Origin: Verrucomicrobiia bacterium | GTDB lineage: Bacteria; Verrucomicrobiota; Verrucomicrobiia; Limisphaerales; UBA1319 | Direction: 5' to 3' | NCBI GenBank assembly: GCA_963664225.1 | Contig: OY760937.1 | Span: forward strand, 3,936,001-4,000,000 | DNA length: 64,000 nt | In this document: in pieces, positions 50,454 through 64,000 of the stretch | Layout: every line of letters starts with the position of its first letter | How positions within the stretch are numbered: the stretch's first letter is position 1 | The notes under the pieces: model-generated | Database searches by the model: none | The model's input: only the letters and a program-made list of their open reading frames with translations | Told to the model about the DNA's origin: nothing | Program-made: the position numbers and the translations under genes

Positions 50454-51191
50454 ATGGGCAATATATTATTTATCACTGGAACGGACACGGGAGTGGGTAA
50501 GACGGTGTTGACCTCCTTGCTGTACGCGCATTTAACCCGGCAAGGTATTGCGGTTCGCGCGCTCAAGCCGTTCTGCACGGGAGATCGCGAGGACGCGCTT
50601 GTGCTATGGCGGCTGCAGGCTGGGGCTGTGGATCTCGAGCAGATCAATCCGTGGTATTATAGGAAGCCGCTTGCACCCTGGGTGGCAGCGGGGGGGCGCA
50701 GGCTTGGGGTCCCTTTGAAGGCTGTCTTGGAACATATTAAGATTCAGGCACAGCAGAGTCGTCTTCTTTTGGTGGAAGGCATTGGTGGGCTGATGGTTCC
50801 GTTGTCAACAGGCTATGGGGTATTGGAGGTGATTGTCGGGATTGGCTGCCCGGTATGTATTGTGGCGCCCAATCAATTGGGGGTGATTAATCACGTTTTG
50901 CTCACGGTTAACGCGCTCAAGACGCACAAAATAGCGAATTGGAGGGTGGTTTTGATGGAACGGGGGCAAAAAGGGGCGGCGGAGCGGACAAATCTTTGGG
51001 CTTTGCGTAAACTTTTAGGTGAAGAGCGGGTGGTTGTAATAAAACATATCAATTCTATTATATTGGAAATGAACAACTTAACTAAGTTATCAAAAATACT
51101 TCAAAAACCTCTTGCACTCGCGGCAGGATTCCGTAACTTGTCGCAACGTTACGGCGCGGTATGCGAGGTGGCGCAAGGAAAACGGGACTGA
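50454..51191 (+). CDS. bioD: Dethiobiotin synthase
   Basis: FITGTDTGVGKT, LKP, LVEGIGGL, LGVINH. Confidence 0.95.
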   Translation: MGNILFITGTDTGVGKTVLTSLLYAHLTRQGIAVRALKPFCTGDREDALVLWRLQAGAVDLEQINPWYYRKPLAPWVAAGGRRLGVPLKAVLEHIKIQAQQSRLLLVEGIGGLMVPLSTGYGVLEVIVGIGCPVCIVAPNQLGVINHVLLTVNALKTHKIANWRVVLMERGQKGAAERTNLWALRKLLGEERVVVIKHINSIILEMNNLTKLSKILQKPLALAAGFRNLSQRYGAVCEVAQGKRD

Positions 51192-51366
51192 AAGAAACTG
51201 AAAAAAAAGTTTCAAAGATAGTTGACAGTCCGAGTGATGACGGTAGAGTGACCGGGCTTTTAGGAGAATACTGCGAATCGAAATGGAAAACGATTTGGTG
51301 TGTTCGAAAAAAAAGTAAAAGAAAAGTTTGAAATAGAATTGACAGGAAGAGCGGGAAGGGTAGAGT
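51112..51366 (+). promoter_or_regulatory. Three tandem rRNA promoters
   Basis: TTGCAC-16-TAACTT (51112), TTGACA-16-TAGAGT (51222), TTGACA-16-TAGAGT (51339), each after A-tracts. Confidence 0.7.
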
Positions 51367-51465
51367 GGGCGCTCTTGAATGGATCCAGGTTAACTGGTAA
51401 GAAAGACCAGGACGTGGTTTTGTCGTCTCGAGAGAGACGGGGATTTTTGGGTGGAAACGCCTAAA

Positions 51466-51477
51466 GCTCTTTGAAAA
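51466..51477 (+). promoter_or_regulatory. rrn leader boxA antitermination site
   Basis: GCTCTTTGAAAA; second boxA-like GTTCTTTGACAA at 53571. Confidence 0.75.
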
Positions 51478-51601
51478 TTGAATTGTGCGATAAGTTAGAG
51501 CCCCTCAAAGGCCAGGAGGCGCAAGCCGAATGGTTTTTGAGATTTTAATCATAGTTAATAAATCCAAGTCTATAGGATTTGGTGAATCGACTAACGTTTT
51601 T

Positions 51602-53182
<1,581 letters not shown>

Positions 53183-53341
53183 AGTATCCGGGGTAAAAAC
53201 CGGATGCAAAGTTCGAACCATGACGCAAGTTTTGGAGAGGGCTCGCTTATCGCACAATTCAATTTTTAAAAGGGTTTTGGGGAGTTCTTTGCAAACCTGT
53301 CGGGTGAGGGCGAAACCCTCTGGCGTTAAAAGGCCGGGGAA

Positions 53342-53416
<75 letters not shown>

Positions 53417-53451
53417 GGGGCCCGAAGCGGGCAGGGAGAGTTCAGCCAAGC

Positions 53452-53528
53452 GGGCCTGTAGCTCAGTTGGTTAGAGCATGCGCTTGATAAGCGCAGGGTC
53501 ACTGGTTCAAGTCCAGTCAGGCCCACCA
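53452..53528 (+). tRNA. tRNA-Ile(GAT)
   Basis: GGGCCTG/CAGGCCC acceptor stem, GAT anticodon, CCA. Confidence 0.97.
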
Positions 53529-53667
53529 TCTCCTCCACCGCACGATTTTTGACCGGAGCAATCCGGCCAGGTTCTTTGACAACTATACATGGTAAGATAG
53601 TAATAAGGGTAAAATTACAGTGAGCTGAGTTCTATTGTGTTTCTAACGAACCGATAGATATTTTTTT

Positions 53668-56527
<2,860 letters not shown>

Positions 56528-56624
56528 AATACAACAAAATGATCAATTTCTCAGTATCAGGGTAGTTTGACCCAATATCCCCATGTATAGTTTTCAGAGA
56601 ACCTGTGGTTCTTTATAACACTTT

Positions 56625-56740
56625 TTTGGTGACCATAAAGCTGTGGTCCGACCCGATCCCATCCCGAACTCGGCCGTCAAACACAGCCTTGCCGATGGTA
56701 GTACTTGTATAGCTCGTGCGAGAGTAGGTTGTCGCCAAAT
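56625..56740 (+). rRNA. rrf: 5S rRNA, copy 1
   Basis: CCCATCCCGAACTCGG, GCCGATGGTAGT, GAGAGTAGG. Confidence 0.97.
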
Positions 56741-56830
56741 CTTTTATTAATCAAGCCGGAGAAAGCAGCCCGGCTTTTGAATTTAGCGCCTTTGCTTCAA
56801 ACGGGCGCGAAAGAAAAGTTTGAAATAGAA

Positions 56831-56858
56831 TTGACAGGAAGAGCGGGAAGGGTAGAGT
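56831..56858 (+). promoter_or_regulatory. Single rRNA promoter of operon 2
   Basis: TTGACA-16-TAGAGT, duplicate of 51339. Confidence 0.7.
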
Positions 56859-57093
56859 GGGCGCTCTTGAATGGATCCAGGTTAACTGGTAAGAAAGACC
56901 AGGACGTGGTTTTGTCGTCTCGAGAGAGACGGGGATTTTTGGGTGGAAACGCCTAAAGCTCTTTGAAAATTGAATTGTGCGATAAGTTAGAGCCCCTCAA
57001 AGGCCAGGAGGCGCAAGCCGAATGGTTTTTGAGATTTTAATCATAGTTAATAAATCCAAGTCTATAGGATTTGGTGAATCGACTAACGTTTTT

Positions 57094-58674
<1,581 letters not shown>

Positions 58675-58833
58675 AGTATCCGGGGTAAAAACCGGATGCA
58701 AAGTTCGAACCATGACGCAAGTTTTGGAGAGGGCTCGCTTATCGCACAATTCAATTTTTAAAAGGGTTTTGGGGAGTTCTTTGCAAACCTGTCGGGTGAG
58801 GGCGAAACCCTCTGGCGTTAAAAGGCCGGGGAA

Positions 58834-58908
<75 letters not shown>

Positions 58909-58943
58909 GGGGCCCGAAGCGGGCAGGGAGAGTTCAGCCAAGC

Positions 58944-59020
58944 GGGCCTGTAGCTCAGTTGGTTAGAGCATGCGCTTGATAAGCGCAGGGTCACTGGTTC
59001 AAGTCCAGTCAGGCCCACCA
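58944..59020 (+). tRNA. tRNA-Ile(GAT)
   Basis: Duplicate of 53452-53528. Confidence 0.97.
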
Positions 59021-59159
59021 TCTCCTCCACCGCACGATTTTTGACCGGAGCAATCCGGCCAGGTTCTTTGACAACTATACATGGTAAGATAGTAATAAGG
59101 GTAAAATTACAGTGAGCTGAGTTCTATTGTGTTTCTAACGAACCGATAGATATTTTTTT

Positions 59160-62019
<2,860 letters not shown>

Positions 62020-62116
62020 AATACAACAAAATGATCAATTTCTCAGTATCAGGGTAGTTTGACCCAATATCCCCATGTATAGTTTTCAGAGAACCTGTGG
62101 TTCTTTATAACACTTT

Positions 62117-62232
62117 TTTGGTGACCATAAAGCTGTGGTCCGACCCGATCCCATCCCGAACTCGGCCGTCAAACACAGCCTTGCCGATGGTAGTACTTGT
62201 ATAGCTCGTGCGAGAGTAGGTTGTCGCCAAAT
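62117..62232 (+). rRNA. rrf: 5S rRNA, copy 2
   Basis: Same landmarks as copy 1. Confidence 0.97.
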
Positions 62233-62244
62233 CTTTTATTAATC

Positions 62245-62279
62245 AAGCCGGACAATAATATGTCCGGCTTTTTTATTTT
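62245..62279 (+). terminator. rRNA operon terminator
   Basis: AAGCCGGACA / TGTCCGGCTT perfect stem followed by TTTTATTTT. Confidence 0.85.
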
Positions 62280-62303
62280 ACTGCCTGCGGCAAACAGGCC
62301 ACA

Positions 62304-63095
62304 TTGAGTCGAGTGAAAATTCTTTTTATTGGCGACGTCGTTGGTGAGCCGGGACGCAGGGCAGTCCAAACGCTGGTTCCCACGATGCGCCGTGACCTGG
62401 GTCTGGATTGGGTGGTTGCCAATGGGGAGAATATTGCCGGGGGATCCGGCATCACGATCAAGACGGGCAGTTCGCTGCTGGATTCAGGTGTGGATGTCAT
62501 CACGAGCGGTGATCATATCTGGGATCAAAAGGAGTCCATGGGGTGGATCGTTCAGGAGCCCCGCCTGCTCAGGCCAATTAATTATCCGCCGGAAGCTCCG
62601 GGGCACGGTAGTATTCTACTTGAGAAGGATCCATTTACCCGCCTGGCCGTCATCAATGTTCAAGGACGGGTTTTCATGCAGGCTTTGGAGAATCCCTTCG
62701 TGGTTATTCAGCAGGAAGTGGCCCGATTGCGCGCCTTGACGCAGAATATTCTGGTCGATATTCATGCGGAGGCGACTTCGGAGAAAATTGCCATTGCGCG
62801 TTTTCTGGATGGCCAGGTCAGTGCGGTTATTGGAACTCACACGCATGTGCAAACTGCGGATGAACAGATTTTTCCAGGGGGCACGGCATTTTTGTGCGAC
62901 GCGGGATTTACTGGACCGCAGGAAAGTGTTCTCGGCCGGCAAATCGGGCCTGTCATCAAGAGGTTCATGACTTGCCTGCCGCAACGTTTTCCTGTGGCTG
63001 AAGGCTCGATTGAGTTGCAGGGAGTCATCGTGGAGATCGACAACGAAACGGGCAAGGCCACGAAGATTGAGCGTGTTCGCAAACGCCTTCCATGA
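62304..63095 (+). CDS. YmdB/TIGR00282-family metallophosphoesterase (TTG start)
   Basis: FIGDVVG, ANGEN, DIHAEATSEK, GTHTHVQTAD. Confidence 0.93.
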   Translation: MSRVKILFIGDVVGEPGRRAVQTLVPTMRRDLGLDWVVANGENIAGGSGITIKTGSSLLDSGVDVITSGDHIWDQKESMGWIVQEPRLLRPINYPPEAPGHGSILLEKDPFTRLAVINVQGRVFMQALENPFVVIQQEVARLRALTQNILVDIHAEATSEKIAIARFLDGQVSAVIGTHTHVQTADEQIFPGGTAFLCDAGFTGPQESVLGRQIGPVIKRFMTCLPQRFPVAEGSIELQGVIVEIDNETGKATKIERVRKRLP

Positions 63096-63120
63096 CGAGT
63101 GTGCCGAGCCGTTTTAGCGT

Positions 63121-64000
63121 TTAACGGCTCAATACATAGCTACTTGGCGCAAAGGGTTTCAGGGTTGCCTGAAATGAGCCGTTCTTGATGGTAATGCGCG
63201 GTCCATTGACAGAACCACGCAGATCAACCGGTTCTGCGTAATTCAAATCAAGTCCAGTCGCACCCCTTGGCAGGCGCACCTGGCATTTTCCCGAATAACC
63301 GGCCATTTCCCAGAGCCGTAAGACAATGCCATCGCCATCTGGGTTAGGGCCAAAGGCGGTGATTTTTATCCCGCGCTGGGATAGTTCCAATCCGGTCTGA
63401 GTTACAGGTGATTTGCCACCGCTGTTTTCTGCAGTCGCAGCCAACAAGGGTTGGCGTGATTCTTCTGATGGGGTGATCAGGGATTTTTCGGAATTTTCAC
63501 CATTCACTGTCCAGATGCGTATTCGCGAGGTCCATGTGCCTTGATTCCAGAGGCGGAAGTTTGTGCTCCACTGATTATTGAAGAGATTCACGAAAACATT
63601 GGGCGCTTTTGGAGAATAGTATTTCGAATATTGGTAACATCCCGGTTCGCCAAGGCTGACCAGTGGGTTGTCCATTGGGCATAGTCCGATGCCGCGACCG
63701 CTACGGTCTTGAATGGTCATTCCTGTGTTCAGGGCAAGAATGTCAAAATTGCAGCCGGGAATGATATCCATGGACGGATTTACGATGGAACCGAGGCGGC
63801 CCAATTTAAATTCCGGTTGGTCGATATTGAATGGCAGGCAAAGCCATCCGGCCTCAGGCCAGGGGTCAAAGGGTTTGTTGTGGAGCGTGATTTCCAGGTC
63901 CACATAGGGCAGGTTGCGATACATAATCACGCGCGTGGTGGTTGCATGGGCGAGGGTGGAATCGGCCACCGACTCCTTGATGGCAATCGCGGAAATGGGT
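63121..64000 (-). CDS. C-terminal part of a probable glycoside hydrolase family 38-like protein (runs off window)
   Basis: NLFNNQWSTNF, IVLRLWE, terminal LKPFAPSSY beta-sandwich pattern. Confidence 0.6.
   Translation of the reverse strand, partial: PISAIAIKESVADSTLAHATTTRVIMYRNLPYVDLEITLHNKPFDPWPEAGWLCLPFNIDQPEFKLGRLGSIVNPSMDIIPGCNFDILALNTGMTIQDRSGRGIGLCPMDNPLVSLGEPGCYQYSKYYSPKAPNVFVNLFNNQWSTNFRLWNQGTWTSRIRIWTVNGENSEKSLITPSEESRQPLLAATAENSGGKSPVTQTGLELSQRGIKITAFGPNPDGDGIVLRLWEMAGYSGKCQVRLPRGATGLDLNYAEPVDLRGSVNGPRITIKNGSFQATLKPFAPSSYVLSR

Overview
GC-rich bacterial chromosome segment. The 16S rRNA carries Verrucomicrobiota-type signatures (GCGTGGATAAGACATGCAAG; ACACCTACGGGTGGCAGCAG). Bases 1-25.1 kb hold the rpoBC-str-S10-spc-alpha supercluster, with no tuf, rpmD or adk in it. 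Bases 25-51 kb hold housekeeping and accessory genes: an MFS transporter, trpC, frameshifted prfB, a phosphoesterase, a ClpX-like ATPase, infC, rcnA, a tail-specific protease, lon-hsp20 and bioD. Within this stretch is a mosaic island at about 36.9-40.2 kb with short repeats, a 140-bp duplication, a truncated nuclease-toxin tip plus a candidate orphan immunity gene, and a complete group II intron. The most striking feature is that the intron's exon-binding sites match the terminal inverted repeat of a small MITE-like element. The intron sits exactly at the end of one such repeat, and an intron-free copy of the element lies at 46.5 kb. Bases 51.3-62.3 kb are two head-to-tail, apparently identical rRNA operons (16S-tRNAAla-tRNAIle-23S-5S), followed by a YmdB-like phosphoesterase and the 3' end of a GH38-like gene. 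All calls were made by eye; no searches were run.
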